Virus record (IMG/VR): IMGVR_UViG_3300034170_000100
Location: 10,795-74,794 of that record
Direction: 5' to 3' (one strand)
Length of the DNA stretch: 64,000 nucleotides
Source: a virus
Each line of letters starts with the position of its first letter. The stretch's first letter is position 1. Under the pieces are notes generated by a model that had not been told where the DNA came from, searched no databases, and worked only from the letters and a program-made list of their open reading frames with translations. Positions 18,442-29,907 of the stretch are shown here, piece after piece. The position numbers and the translations under genes are program-made.

Positions 18442-19752
18442 ATGGCCGGACCAATCACTTGGCGGAACATTGGCGGGGGTGGTGGAGGCAACTCCACCGC
18501 TTTGCTTGCCCTCGGCAATCAGCAGGTTCAGCAGAGCTTCAACGCTTTGCAGGACATTTTTAAAAACGAAACGCAGCTGCAAGCTAAAAACCAGCAAGCG
18601 TTGACAGCCAACAATACCGCTCAATATCTGGATGCGGTCAATGCGGCGGACCTCAATGGACTACAAGATCCTGCACAACGCTCGAACCTCGAAGCTCTCC
18701 GATCAGGCTTCGGTGCCGCAATTGATCGCAATGCAACTCGCAATGCAATCGACAACCGAATCGCCGGCATTCAAAAGCAGACCCTGGTCGGAAACCAGTT
18801 CCAGGATCAAGCGACGGAACGAGAACAACGGGGGCTACTCGACAAAGGTCTAGAGCTGGCCACGTCCGGGGATATGCAGGGCGTGCAGAAATTGCTGTCC
18901 GATACCCAGTTCTTGAACGAAGGCAAAGTCACCAGCGACCTCATGGGAGTGCTGGATGCTCGCACCCGACGTACTTATGCTGCTGAGGACCAACAGCGTC
19001 AGGATCGCGCTGAAGGCCGTCAGATCGCACAATTCCAGGAGAGCATGGCGGCTGCGGCAGAGAACCGTATCATGCGCAAGGAAGATCGTGCTGATCGTGC
19101 GGACGCTCGCGCGTTCACCCAGGGTGCTCGGGTTCTTGACGATGCGTCGAACCAGGCCAAGGAAATCCTGAATTCCCGCCTGGCGGGTAACGAATGGGCA
19201 AACGTATCGACTGATCCTGCTAAAGATACCCAGGTGCTGTTGAAAACTGCCGGGGGTCTGGATAAGTTCACCTCCTTCCTCAACACTGATGGCACCGATT
19301 ACAAGCAGATTCAAACTGGTGTCACAGACCTGCTGTCGAAGGGTATCGAGGTAGAAGGCGAGATCTACAAGGTGCCTCCGGCTATCTTGCAGCAGGTGCT
19401 GAACTCCAAGGCCGCCAATTGGAACATCACTGACAACCCGATGGATGCTATCCGTAACGAAATTAAAAATAGCCTATCGGGTAATGAAGGTGCGGGTAAC
19501 CGTGCAAAAGTGCGTGAAGCCGCCGATATTCGGGCCTCTGCGAGCAATTTCATGCAAACAGTTAAACGGGCGAAAACACAATTGGGGTCTAGCTCTTCCC
19601 TTGATACTTCTGGTATCGTTAGCGCTCTCGCTGAGTTGGCAGGCAAAAAACCGGTCACTTCTTCGAAGTCATCCCAAAACCTCCTGCCAAGTGCAGCTGA
19701 GGATTTACCAGAATCCTGGCCCCCTAAAGGACAGGAAATGAACTTCCAGTAG
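18442..19752 (+). CDS. N4 gp51-like ejection protein
   Basis: PITWRNI N-terminal motif; directly upstream of the virion RNAP. Confidence 0.8.
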   Translation: MAGPITWRNIGGGGGGNSTALLALGNQQVQQSFNALQDIFKNETQLQAKNQQALTANNTAQYLDAVNAADLNGLQDPAQRSNLEALRSGFGAAIDRNATRNAIDNRIAGIQKQTLVGNQFQDQATEREQRGLLDKGLELATSGDMQGVQKLLSDTQFLNEGKVTSDLMGVLDARTRRTYAAEDQQRQDRAEGRQIAQFQESMAAAAENRIMRKEDRADRADARAFTQGARVLDDASNQAKEILNSRLAGNEWANVSTDPAKDTQVLLKTAGGLDKFTSFLNTDGTDYKQIQTGVTDLLSKGIEVEGEIYKVPPAILQQVLNSKAANWNITDNPMDAIRNEIKNSLSGNEGAGNRAKVREAADIRASASNFMQTVKRAKTQLGSSSSLDTSGIVSALAELAGKKPVTSSKSSQNLLPSAAEDLPESWPPKGQEMNFQ

Positions 19753-19764
19753 GAGCAATGACAT

Positions 19765-22700
19765 ATGGCAAACGGCGATAACAACTTCGGTTTTGACGAA
19801 TTGTTCCCTGCCGGCCTGCCTGCTGCAAAAGAAGGGGCGTTCAAGCCCCTTTTTGACCTTTCAGCGAAAGCTGAGTCGGTTGCGGCAGCTTCTGAAGAAA
19901 AGAAGCAGACTCTTATCGGGAAAATGGGTTATGACGCCGAAGATACCGTGGGCACCATCGCTAACTATGGTGCTCGCTTTGCGTCCGGTCTAAGTCGCCA
20001 GGTTCTTGGCAACTTGGCTACCCTGCCTCTCGATGTGATTTCTGGCCTGGCCCAAGGGTCCGTTCCTGAAGAACAAGTGCAAGCGTTCAACCGCATGCAA
20101 ACCAATCAAGCAAGTGACGCGGATATGGCTCTGTTGAACCAGACTGCACCACTTGATGACGGTATCCCGCAGACTTACCTTGAGCGCCTGCAAGGCACCC
20201 AGGGCATTCAAAAAGTTGCGCAGAATGTCGGTGATTTCTTCGACATCTCTAGCATTGTGGACACCACCCGCTCCGAGCGACTGAGCCGCGATATTCGTGA
20301 AGCTGCTGGCGATGGTACTGCGCAGCTGCGCGGCGCCAAAGAAGCCTTCAACGAAGGCCAGTACCTGGAAGCTGCTGGTGAAGGTATCAAGGGTCTCGGC
20401 AATACTGTTGGCCCTGCTTTGCTTGCTGGTTTGCAGTCTCCTGTCGCTGCCGGTGAATACGTCGCAGAGAACATCCCTCAGATCGTTGCTGCTGCTTACA
20501 ACCCATCCATTCTGGTTGGTACCAACGCCGGCTACGGTTATGACACGTACCGTGAAGGTATCCGTGACTACGCCAAGAAGAACGATGGTCAACTTCCAAA
20601 TGCCGACGAGCGTGCGACCATGGGTCTGTTCGCTGCATCGGCTGCTGGTGCTGAAGTAGTTGGCGATGTTGGGCTGCTCAAAGGTATCCGCGCTGCGGGC
20701 ACCGGCTCTGGCAACAAGGCAATGAGCGCTGCTATGGGCATTGGTGGGGCCGCTGCACGCGAAGGCGTGACTGAGGGCTACCAGACCTATGCTGAGAACC
20801 GTGCTCAACTGAAAGACACCACGTTGGAAGATATCGTCGAAGGAGCCACCATTGGTGCGCTGGTTGGCGGTAACTTTCAACTGGCTGCTGAAATTGGTGG
20901 GGGACCGAAAGGTGATGCTGCACCTGCCAGGAAAAACGCTGTAGAAAACGCATTTACTTCCGCTGTGGAATCCGGTGATGTTTCATCCCTGACCGACAGC
21001 ACTTCTCCTGCATATAGCCCGGTGCGCGCTGTTGAAGCCCTGCATCAGATGAATCTGCAAGATGGTGCCAAGGCCGAGGAAAACCTCGCTCAAGTCGACC
21101 GTATTCAGCAAGACGTGACAGCAGACCTGTCTTCGATCCAAGCCCGTATGGAATCCACTACGCCTGAGCGTGTGGCCCAGATCGGTGCGCTTGTTCAACA
21201 AATGGAAGTCGCAGGTTCCGACCAAGCCGACATTGCTGAAATGCGCCAGATCCACGAAGCTGTATCGTCGTACACGCCTGCCCAACGTAAGGCTGATGAA
21301 ACTCGTGCTGCTCAACTGGAAAGCCAGCTGAGTGAGATTCACACTGCTGCCGAGCGCATGCGCGTAGACGCCAGCCCTGAGCAGGCTGATGTTCAAGCGC
21401 TTGCAACCGATGCACAGACAGGTGATCAACAAGCGGTTGACCGTTTGCTGACCCTGACCATGACCAATCCTGAAGCCGTCGACACCTCGGTCGCTGAGTC
21501 TCTTGCACAGAGCGAAGCCTTGACCGAGCCGCAACGTAACGCTATGCGCCTCTTCACAGAAGCACAGGTGGCCGCTAATGCCTTGAAGGGCATGCGTGGT
21601 GTTAGTTCGGAAATTGCCACTGGTGGCGATGGTTTCAAGGGTATCTCGCAATATCGCAATGCAATCCGTATGGCCCTGGCCAATGGCAATGAAAGCGCCG
21701 CCCGCTCGCAAGTCGATGGCGTTCGTGCTTTTGCTGCTAGTCGTGTATCGAAACTGGAAGCTATCACCGCTGCTTATGAGCAAGTGAAGGGCACAGACAA
21801 CTCGATCAACATCGTGCGGAATGAGCAAGGCGAATGGGGTCCGACTTCCTTGAAGGGCACAGCTCTCAAGAAAGCCAAAGGTCTGGTAGTTGATGCCCGT
21901 TCCTTCAACCTACGCGACGGTGTAGCTACTGAAGCGGACGTGTTAGCAAAAACTGCTGATGCATTCGAAGCTATGGTAAATGCTGCTCCATCTCCTGTAT
22001 CGCAACCGGTTGTGCAACCGACTGCGGATCAGGGTGAAGTTGCCGCTGCAACCCCTAAAGCTGATGCAAACGCCCCAGTTGACGCAGCACCGGTAGCTCC
22101 GGTCGCTGAACAGACTGCTGCGCCTGCACCTGCTGAAGAAGTTGTGGCAAAGCCGGAAGATGCCCCGAGCGTGACCGAGAAGGCTCCTGCAAATGCAGGC
22201 CAGCTCACCACAATCGGCGAGCGAACCGGTGAAGCGGTAACCGCGGACAACTACCGTTCTGTCAATCTGGTTTCCGAGCTGTTCGACCAAAAGGTCGGCT
22301 CTGACACCGATGCAAGCGTTCGCCCGCTGGTAGCTGTCAAAGACTTCGCTTCGGCCATTAAAGCCGGTGAAGTAACCGTGCAAGACTTCCTTACCCAGGA
22401 AGGTCCACTGCCGGCCCCACAAGTCACGGCACTCAATGCATTTTTCAACTTTGCTCAATATTCTGAGCAGGCAATCCGCAACCAGTTCAAGGTCACTGCT
22501 ACTCGTGCCAAACGCCCGGACTTCTTCTATCGGGACATGGCGCAGTTCATGCAGAACGCGGACGGCCAAATTGACGAGAACTTGGCGACTGCCGTGTCTT
22601 ACGGCATGTTCTCGTGGGCAAACGAAAACGCAACTCAACTGCGTAACAGTCCTGAGTCGATCAACACTATTCTGATGCGCGACCTGGACGATGAAGTCTC

Positions 22701-25700
22701 CAATGCTGCGTATGCGGCGCTATCGGCTATCGGTACACGAGAGTCGGTCGTCGCTTCGCAGCTTGGTGGCCGCATCCTGCAAGCCCTGGGCCTCCAGGTA
22801 AATCAGAACGGTACTCGTGCTGAGCTGAGTAAACTGGAATCGTCCGTAGGCGAGCGAGCCATTGCTGCCATGGTCAAGTTGGGTTTGGTAGAACGTACCC
22901 AACTCGCGGACCAAAAACTGCAAGTGCTGATGGGCAAAACTGAATTTGATCCTAAACTGACCCACAACTTCGTTGTTGTGAAGTCGGTGACCGATGCTGA
23001 AGGCAAACTGCAACCGGCACCGGTTGTGAAGCGCATTCGTGAGCGTTCGGTGGGTTCCCAGTCGGTTGTGTCCAAACTGTTTGCAGTAGAGGCTGCTGGT
23101 GTAGAGCCGAGCTACAAGCCGATCCCCTTCACCCAAGAATTCGCTAAACGTACTAGGCAAGCTGTGCCTAAGACCCTGGCCAAGATTTTGGACAAGGAAG
23201 GTGCAAAAGCTCACGTTGTTCGCCAGAACATGTGGCACGTTTGGGGCAAACTGAGCAAGCAGGCTCTCTATGAAATGGGCGGCGTGGTCTCGACCACCGA
23301 TGCACCAACTCACGTTGAGAACCTGGCTTCACGCCAGGCGAAGAATGATGGCCTGATCCAACAAGTGGACAACTTCGACGCATTCGTTAACGCGATGACC
23401 GCCGATAGCTCGACTGAGGGTCTGGACCAATCGTTGTACTTCGGCCGCTCCGTTTGGAAACCTCAACGTGTTGGTTTGACTGCAAACGTGATCAACCCGC
23501 AGACTTCGAAGATCCACCGTCACATGCTGGCCATGTCCGGTTGGAATGCTACCGTCAACCTCGACAACAAAGCCGAGATGGACAACTTCAAGCTCCGTGT
23601 GTTGGAAGCGTTCGGCAAGAAGACCGAAGCAACCACTACCGCCAAAGTGTTGGCCGGCTACGATGCTGTCGTGTCCAACCCTGCAATTCAGGCTGGTATC
23701 GACGCGCTGGCTGAAGTCCTGCGCGACAATGGCACCGTGAATGAAGCCGCTATCGTCGACGCTGTAAAAGCGGCCGGCGAGAAGTTCCATTCCTTCGATG
23801 CGCTGGTTGCCTTGGCTGAGCAACGTATTGCCGAGCAAGATGGCAAGCCTGCGTTCGAAACCGCGATGATGGGTGAAGTGGACGGTGTAACCAACGGCCC
23901 TATGCTGTCCCTGCTGATGCTGGGTGCCAAAGGCTTTGAAACTATGAACCAAGGTGGTTTCTTTGAGCTGGGTAGCCAGTTCACACAGTTCAACGACTAC
24001 AAGGCCCAGGGCAACCTCGACCTGTACGAGTCGAACATCGCTCAGGCACTGAACCGCCTGCAAGGTCGCCAGCAAGGTCAGCTCGACGCTATGTCGGTCA
24101 TCACTGGCCAACTGCAAACTGCCGAAGGCAACGTGACCTCTAAAGGCCGTAACATTATCAAGAAGCCGCTGACCGCCCTGATGTTCGGGTCCAACCCGAC
24201 TACCGCGGTACAAGGCATGGCCGACGGCTTCATTGAAGCGATCTACAGCCGTATCGAAGATGCAGCTGCTGCCCGTGACAATGATGCAATCGCCCCCTTG
24301 TTTGGTGCTGTGAATACCCTGACTCGCTCGCCGAAGTTCGCTTTGGATGTGAAGATGGGCTATGAGCGTGCCCTGGAAACCAAGTTGACTACTCAACAGC
24401 AAGACGCGCTGAAACGCTCGTTCTATGAGTTGCTGGGTGAGCCGACTGAGAAAGCTCTGGCCGACAACTACGCTACCTTCATCGCTCGCCGGAACGTGAT
24501 CAACCAGACAGCACAACTGTCGTTTGACCTGTTCAACGCTGTGCGTGATGGCGTGACTGAGTTCGTTGAGTCGACCAGCCAGGATGTGCCACGTAACAAT
24601 GCTGGCGCCGCCATTCGCACGCTGACTAAAGAGCAACAGGCACAAGTAGATGCACTGATGGGCGACATGGCCCCGATCCTGCAAACTGCTATGTCTCAGG
24701 CATCGAAGCAACGTGAAGCTGGTATGTACATGGCCAAGTCGAAGCGTTCGCTCGATTCGTCTGCTGCCTACGAGCAAGAAGTCGCTTTCGGTGAAATGGT
24801 TAACACCATTGCCCCGGACGGCTCCATGCAGGGTATCGGCTCGACTCGCCTGTCGTCTTCGCGCACTCAGGACATCGACCCAGGTGTAATGCCTTTCATT
24901 ACCTCCATTCACTCCAGCGACTCGGCTATTGCCTCGACTGTGTACGGAATGATGGAAGCACTGAACGTTCACGACGCCTTGGGCGTAGACCTGAACAATG
25001 TGGCCAAGGTTGGCCAGGAGCTGAACAAAGCGACGTTCAACACCATGCTGGAATACTCGTCCGCGACCGCAATGAGCAACATGCTCGATGAAGTCCTGGC
25101 CGGTGTATCCAAAGTGATGCAGAACCCTGAGCTGGCTGCACGCATTCAGCCTAAGCTGCGCGAGAAGATGGTTGCCCGGGCTGAGAAGAAGCGTGGCTCT
25201 ATTGCTGAGCAACTGACCGCTATTCGTGAGACTGCGACCCAGGCGGACACCGATAAGCTGAATATGCTGAGCAACATGCAGGCAATCGGCCAATACGCTA
25301 CCGACGGCGGTTCTTACATCGTGACCGACGCTGACCGTGCAAAAGCACAGGCCAAGTTGGACGAAGTGGGTTCCACCTTCAATGCTGCGGCTGAATCTGT
25401 GGCTGAGCAACTGGACGCCGAAGCAAGCATCGTCTCAGCTGTGTATGTTGCAGGCAAGCAAGCTGAGCTGTCCAACACGTCGGTAACGACTCTGGCGCCG
25501 GCCACTTCTCTCAATACTCTGGCTTCGCTTGAGCAGACCCCGGCTGTTGTGCAGGTAATTGATTCCATGGTTTCGGGTAACCGAACTCTGGCCGATGCCC
25601 TGCAAGTTCTGCCTGAGCATCAAGCTGCCGAAGTAGTTGAAGCGGTAAATGGTGCAAGTGAAGCGAAATTGTCTGTATGGGGCCGCTTGGGCACCCCTGT

Positions 25701-28700
25701 CGTACAGTCCGACGTGAACTTGGTGCAACTGCTGGACACCACGGGCATGACTGCTCACAACCTCGTTGATTCGCTGGTTGAGTACGTACAGAACCCGTTC
25801 CAGAAGACTGTGCTCAAGATGGCCAAGAAAGGCATCTCTGCTCGTATGCCGGTGACCTACATCACTGCCGAGACCGGACCAGAAGGCGCATTTGGTGAAG
25901 GCGTAGACAAATCCCGCGGTTGGTACGCACAGCGTAACGACCAAGCCGGGTTGTTCATTAAATCCCCGGACTTCGTTGAATCGGGTATCACCCCTGAGCT
26001 GCTGACCCATGAACTGGTGCATGCTGCTCTGGCAAACCTGATCGACGCAAACCAAGGTAAGAACACCCTGGCCGGCCGCGCTGTAGCGGATCTGGAAGTG
26101 CTGCGTACCCAAGCTGAAGACTTCCTCGCCAACAATGGCGCCCTGTCTGCTAAGTACCGCAACGCCACGTCGAACGTGCATGAGCTGGTCTCCTGGGGCC
26201 TGTCCAACCAAGACTTCCAACGTGAAGTGCTGGGCCAGGTATCGGTGCCACAGAAAGACCGATCGATCCTCGACGGCCTGAAGGGTTTCATCAAGTCGCT
26301 GACTGAAATGCTGTTTGGTGCCAACACTCCGTCGGCAAACAACGGTATGGCCAACTTGATCGCCAACTCTGCTGTTCTGTTCCGTGAAGCGGCCCAGGCG
26401 CAAGAGAAGCGTGCGACTGCAACCCACAAGTACGAAGACGCCATCGACCACATCAACGCTATGACTGCTGAGCAGGTGTTTGACGCTCTGGCTACCGTAG
26501 GCAACCACAAGACTGATGTGGTCCATGCTGAGTACCTGCGTGACCTGTTGGCGCAGACTGTTAACCCGGTCTACGGCCCATACGGCGCATTCAAAGAGGC
26601 AGCATCGGCAAACCGTGCGCTGACCCCGCTGGATGTGTTCCTGAAAGCGGTGAGCACCGGCCAAACTCCGTTCAGCTCCCAGGCAACAGCCGGCCAGTTC
26701 ATCCTGTCCCAGCAAGAAGCATTTGTGCTGGAATCGGTAGAAGCGACCATTTCCCACGCCATGGAAACGAAAGAAACTCTGTTCGTTCGCCAGGGTCTGG
26801 AAAACCTGTTCAAGGAGGCACGTTCGAAGCTGAACCCGGACGGGCGCAACTTGCACGCTGGCGATTGGGCAACCGCAAGCCAGAATGAGAAGGATGTCGC
26901 TAAAGCGAAGTGGGACTTCCTGTTCCGCCCACAAGTGAGCGCAACTGGTCGCAACAATTACTTGGCACGCTTTGCTGCCCTGGGCCTGGCCTCGGCCGAA
27001 GTCCGTAATGCACTTGGTTTCTCGACCAACAACTTCGAGACCCCGTTGAAGGGTCTGCCGATCACCAGCAAGCTGACTGAGTTGTTCCGTCGGGCAATGA
27101 CAGTCTTTGCCCGCCTGGCAACCAAAGTCATCCCTGGCACCTCGGGCAACGTCGCACTGAGCACTCTGGTAGAGCAACTGGTGGACATCGAGGCCAAGCG
27201 TAAAGCACGCATGGACCAGGAGAAGGTGAACCACTTTGACCAGCTCGAAACTGCGCTGGCCGGTGTGGGTGACTCCATCCTGGAAAAAGCTGATGCACTA
27301 GGCCGCGCCGGGTTCATTCGCAAGTCGAAGATCCCGTTTGTCGCCGGTCTCGGCGCTGTGGTATCCACCGCTGCCGGTAACCGCCTGGATGCGGTACTGA
27401 ATGCCATCACAATGATGCGCGATCAGTCTCAAAAGAGCCGGCACGGTGTGGTGATGGGCATGCTGACCGAATGGCGCGGTGTGTACGATTCTCGCCGTTT
27501 GGCTGCTGAATTGTTCAAAGGTGCCAAGGCCAACGAGCAACAGCGCAAATCGGTTATCGAGACCACTGCTGCATCGGTAAACGAAGCATTTGCAAACCAG
27601 GGCCAAGATTTGACCCAGGTGCAACGTGATGCGCTGACTCGTGTGTTTCTGCGGACCAATGCCCAGGCAATCGCCGCTGCTCGTGGTGTCGACGGACTGC
27701 GCGACCTCATGGAAGACCCTGCTGCAATGGCGGCATACCGTTCAGACTTGGAAGCACAGGTAACTGCGCTGACTCCGAACTATCTGTACATGATCAGCCA
27801 GGCCAAAGACTTGGCGCACCACAAGGTGGTGGGCGGCTCGACTTCGGCCAACCTGATGCTGTCGACCGGCAACATTGCGGCCATGTTCGGCACCAAGAAG
27901 AAAGTTGCTGCCAATGCCGCGGTTATCACGCTGCTTGAGCAACTAGTGGGCGTATACGGCCTGGACTACAGCGGTGATGTCGATCTGCGCAATGCTCGTG
28001 AAGTTCTGCGCACTGAGATGAATCGTACCGACGGCAACGGCGTGGACTACATGCTGAAGCTGCACACTGGTCTCCAGGCCAAAGCAACTGCTGACCTGTT
28101 CAAAGGCACCGAAGCGCTGCAACAGACCGGCTATGTGGCGGAGATCCACGACAACAAGATCGAAGTCTTGCTGGTAGCCAAGAGCGACGTAGCTGCACAC
28201 GAGCGCGCCGGCTACATCGTGGGCACTGCCCTGCAAATGGACCCGAATGTGAAAGGTCTGAAAACCACAGGCCGTGTACTGATGACTCGCCGTAGCGCCG
28301 GTCAAACTGCGCTGCTTACTGGTGCCATGTCTTTCACCGGCAACAATGCCAAGGGTTCTAGCCCGGTCACCGAAGCTGTCAACATGATGGCCGGCAACCA
28401 GACCTCTGCCGCTGTACGTCAGCAGATTGCACAGCAGAAGGCCCAGGCAGTGGCTGATTTGTTCCACCGCCCATTGTCTTACGACCCACGCAAGGCACAA
28501 GCTGGGCACATGGTCCCCACCCTGGCGCCTGACGGCCGAATAGCTGACTACCGTCACATGATGACCGAACAAAACCGCGATGTCCTTTTGGACCGCGATA
28601 ATTCGATGGATCAAGTGCTGGGAGTCATGGCTGGTCAAATTGCTGACAAAGTGTCCACTGTTCAACAGAACACTGACGTTGTTCGCTCGATGTATGATCA

Positions 28701-29901
28701 ATACCGCGCTGACTACACTTCGCGCCCTTCTTCGTACATTCGTGTGTCCGCGGACAGCAAAGACAAAGGTTTGGCCGAGACTTATCGCCTGTTGCCAGAA
28801 AGCACCAAGCAAGAGATCCGCAAGGTATGGAAAGACGACGCAATGTATGTGCCGGCTGACCAACTCGATCTGATCTTTGGCTATCGCAAGTTCAGCCTGA
28901 CCAATTCGTTTGACGAATTGCCAGGTGACCGCAACATGTTTGAAAAGGTGCTGGTTGCTGCTACTTCTGCGATCTACGGCGAGAAAGCTGCGCTTCGCGT
29001 AGGTCAAGCTGAAGACATCATGCAAACCCTCGTTAAAGAGATGAAAGACATTCTTGTTGTTAAGAACATCTTCACTCTGGCGGGCAACATCACGTCGAAC
29101 ATGACATTACTGGCTTGGGAAGGTGTTCCATTGCGGAAGGCCGCGGCTTCTCACGCTATTGCTATCAAAGGTGCAATCGATTTCCGTAAGGATTCGAAAC
29201 GCCTGCTGCAATTGCAACAAGCTGTAGAAATTGGGTACTTCGCTGATAACACTGCTGCTGGGGCAGAGATTCTGGAAATTCAGGATCGTTTGGCACGTAA
29301 CCCGATCAAACCATTGGTGGATGCAGGCTTGATGCCTACTATCGTGGAAGACGTTGAAGTTGATGACGACCGCTACACCTACAAAGCTCACTTGGCCCGT
29401 AAGGTGGAGAAGTTCACTGATAAGGTTCCAGCTTGGATGCGTACTGTCGGTAAACAGGTCTACATGACCCATGACACCGCCACGTATAAATTCTTGAGCC
29501 AAACAACTCAGTTGTCTGACTTGGTGGCACGTTATGCGCTATTTGAGCACTTGACTACCCGCACGAAAGATCCTCTGAGTGTTGCTGATGCTTTGCACCA
29601 AGCTGAGGACAGTTTCGTAAACTACGACCTGCCTTCGCACCGCACACTGCAATATCTGAACGATATGGGCATTGTGATGTTTACCAAGTACTACTTGCGT
29701 ATTCAGAAGGTGATCATGCGTCTTGTGCGTGAGAAACCTGTACGTGGTCTGATGTTGGCAGCAGTTGGTCATATGTGGGCCGGTCTGGATTCCATCATGG
29801 ATTCCAGCTGGCTCAACAAGATTGGCAACAATCCGCTGCAAGATGGAGCACTTGGTTACCTCGGCTCGTTGAAAGAGCTGCCAGCAATCAAGTTCCTGTA
29901 A
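19765..29901 (+). CDS. virion-encapsidated RNA polymerase (N4 gp50-like)
   Basis: 3378 aa; motif A GEVDGVTNG, motif B RNIIKKPLTALMFG, motif C NVHDAL; no Cys found on reading; hallmark of Schitoviridae. Confidence 0.97.
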   Translation: MANGDNNFGFDELFPAGLPAAKEGAFKPLFDLSAKAESVAAASEEKKQTLIGKMGYDAEDTVGTIANYGARFASGLSRQVLGNLATLPLDVISGLAQGSVPEEQVQAFNRMQTNQASDADMALLNQTAPLDDGIPQTYLERLQGTQGIQKVAQNVGDFFDISSIVDTTRSERLSRDIREAAGDGTAQLRGAKEAFNEGQYLEAAGEGIKGLGNTVGPALLAGLQSPVAAGEYVAENIPQIVAAAYNPSILVGTNAGYGYDTYREGIRDYAKKNDGQLPNADERATMGLFAASAAGAEVVGDVGLLKGIRAAGTGSGNKAMSAAMGIGGAAAREGVTEGYQTYAENRAQLKDTTLEDIVEGATIGALVGGNFQLAAEIGGGPKGDAAPARKNAVENAFTSAVESGDVSSLTDSTSPAYSPVRAVEALHQMNLQDGAKAEENLAQVDRIQQDVTADLSSIQARMESTTPERVAQIGALVQQMEVAGSDQADIAEMRQIHEAVSSYTPAQRKADETRAAQLESQLSEIHTAAERMRVDASPEQADVQALATDAQTGDQQAVDRLLTLTMTNPEAVDTSVAESLAQSEALTEPQRNAMRLFTEAQVAANALKGMRGVSSEIATGGDGFKGISQYRNAIRMALANGNESAARSQVDGVRAFAASRVSKLEAITAAYEQVKGTDNSINIVRNEQGEWGPTSLKGTALKKAKGLVVDARSFNLRDGVATEADVLAKTADAFEAMVNAAPSPVSQPVVQPTADQGEVAAATPKADANAPVDAAPVAPVAEQTAAPAPAEEVVAKPEDAPSVTEKAPANAGQLTTIGERTGEAVTADNYRSVNLVSELFDQKVGSDTDASVRPLVAVKDFASAIKAGEVTVQDFLTQEGPLPAPQVTALNAFFNFAQYSEQAIRNQFKVTATRAKRPDFFYRDMAQFMQNADGQIDENLATAVSYGMFSWANENATQLRNSPESINTILMRDLDDEVSNAAYAALSAIGTRESVVASQLGGRILQALGLQVNQNGTRAELSKLESSVGERAIAAMVKLGLVERTQLADQKLQVLMGKTEFDPKLTHNFVVVKSVTDAEGKLQPAPVVKRIRERSVGSQSVVSKLFAVEAAGVEPSYKPIPFTQEFAKRTRQAVPKTLAKILDKEGAKAHVVRQNMWHVWGKLSKQALYEMGGVVSTTDAPTHVENLASRQAKNDGLIQQVDNFDAFVNAMTADSSTEGLDQSLYFGRSVWKPQRVGLTANVINPQTSKIHRHMLAMSGWNATVNLDNKAEMDNFKLRVLEAFGKKTEATTTAKVLAGYDAVVSNPAIQAGIDALAEVLRDNGTVNEAAIVDAVKAAGEKFHSFDALVALAEQRIAEQDGKPAFETAMMGEVDGVTNGPMLSLLMLGAKGFETMNQGGFFELGSQFTQFNDYKAQGNLDLYESNIAQALNRLQGRQQGQLDAMSVITGQLQTAEGNVTSKGRNIIKKPLTALMFGSNPTTAVQGMADGFIEAIYSRIEDAAAARDNDAIAPLFGAVNTLTRSPKFALDVKMGYERALETKLTTQQQDALKRSFYELLGEPTEKALADNYATFIARRNVINQTAQLSFDLFNAVRDGVTEFVESTSQDVPRNNAGAAIRTLTKEQQAQVDALMGDMAPILQTAMSQASKQREAGMYMAKSKRSLDSSAAYEQEVAFGEMVNTIAPDGSMQGIGSTRLSSSRTQDIDPGVMPFITSIHSSDSAIASTVYGMMEALNVHDALGVDLNNVAKVGQELNKATFNTMLEYSSATAMSNMLDEVLAGVSKVMQNPELAARIQPKLREKMVARAEKKRGSIAEQLTAIRETATQADTDKLNMLSNMQAIGQYATDGGSYIVTDADRAKAQAKLDEVGSTFNAAAESVAEQLDAEASIVSAVYVAGKQAELSNTSVTTLAPATSLNTLASLEQTPAVVQVIDSMVSGNRTLADALQVLPEHQAAEVVEAVNGASEAKLSVWGRLGTPVVQSDVNLVQLLDTTGMTAHNLVDSLVEYVQNPFQKTVLKMAKKGISARMPVTYITAETGPEGAFGEGVDKSRGWYAQRNDQAGLFIKSPDFVESGITPELLTHELVHAALANLIDANQGKNTLAGRAVADLEVLRTQAEDFLANNGALSAKYRNATSNVHELVSWGLSNQDFQREVLGQVSVPQKDRSILDGLKGFIKSLTEMLFGANTPSANNGMANLIANSAVLFREAAQAQEKRATATHKYEDAIDHINAMTAEQVFDALATVGNHKTDVVHAEYLRDLLAQTVNPVYGPYGAFKEAASANRALTPLDVFLKAVSTGQTPFSSQATAGQFILSQQEAFVLESVEATISHAMETKETLFVRQGLENLFKEARSKLNPDGRNLHAGDWATASQNEKDVAKAKWDFLFRPQVSATGRNNYLARFAALGLASAEVRNALGFSTNNFETPLKGLPITSKLTELFRRAMTVFARLATKVIPGTSGNVALSTLVEQLVDIEAKRKARMDQEKVNHFDQLETALAGVGDSILEKADALGRAGFIRKSKIPFVAGLGAVVSTAAGNRLDAVLNAITMMRDQSQKSRHGVVMGMLTEWRGVYDSRRLAAELFKGAKANEQQRKSVIETTAASVNEAFANQGQDLTQVQRDALTRVFLRTNAQAIAAARGVDGLRDLMEDPAAMAAYRSDLEAQVTALTPNYLYMISQAKDLAHHKVVGGSTSANLMLSTGNIAAMFGTKKKVAANAAVITLLEQLVGVYGLDYSGDVDLRNAREVLRTEMNRTDGNGVDYMLKLHTGLQAKATADLFKGTEALQQTGYVAEIHDNKIEVLLVAKSDVAAHERAGYIVGTALQMDPNVKGLKTTGRVLMTRRSAGQTALLTGAMSFTGNNAKGSSPVTEAVNMMAGNQTSAAVRQQIAQQKAQAVADLFHRPLSYDPRKAQAGHMVPTLAPDGRIADYRHMMTEQNRDVLLDRDNSMDQVLGVMAGQIADKVSTVQQNTDVVRSMYDQYRADYTSRPSSYIRVSADSKDKGLAETYRLLPESTKQEIRKVWKDDAMYVPADQLDLIFGYRKFSLTNSFDELPGDRNMFEKVLVAATSAIYGEKAALRVGQAEDIMQTLVKEMKDILVVKNIFTLAGNITSNMTLLAWEGVPLRKAAASHAIAIKGAIDFRKDSKRLLQLQQAVEIGYFADNTAAGAEILEIQDRLARNPIKPLVDAGLMPTIVEDVEVDDDRYTYKAHLARKVEKFTDKVPAWMRTVGKQVYMTHDTATYKFLSQTTQLSDLVARYALFEHLTTRTKDPLSVADALHQAEDSFVNYDLPSHRTLQYLNDMGIVMFTKYYLRIQKVIMRLVREKPVRGLMLAAVGHMWAGLDSIMDSSWLNKIGNNPLQDGALGYLGSLKELPAIKFL

Positions 29902-29907
29902 CAAGGA

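Noticed and set aside
10120-29904. Long antisense ORFs (for example 10120..11352, 13186..14739, 23329..25410, 25435..27234)
   Set aside because: These are shadows of strongly codon-biased sense genes, with no motifs or SD sequences.
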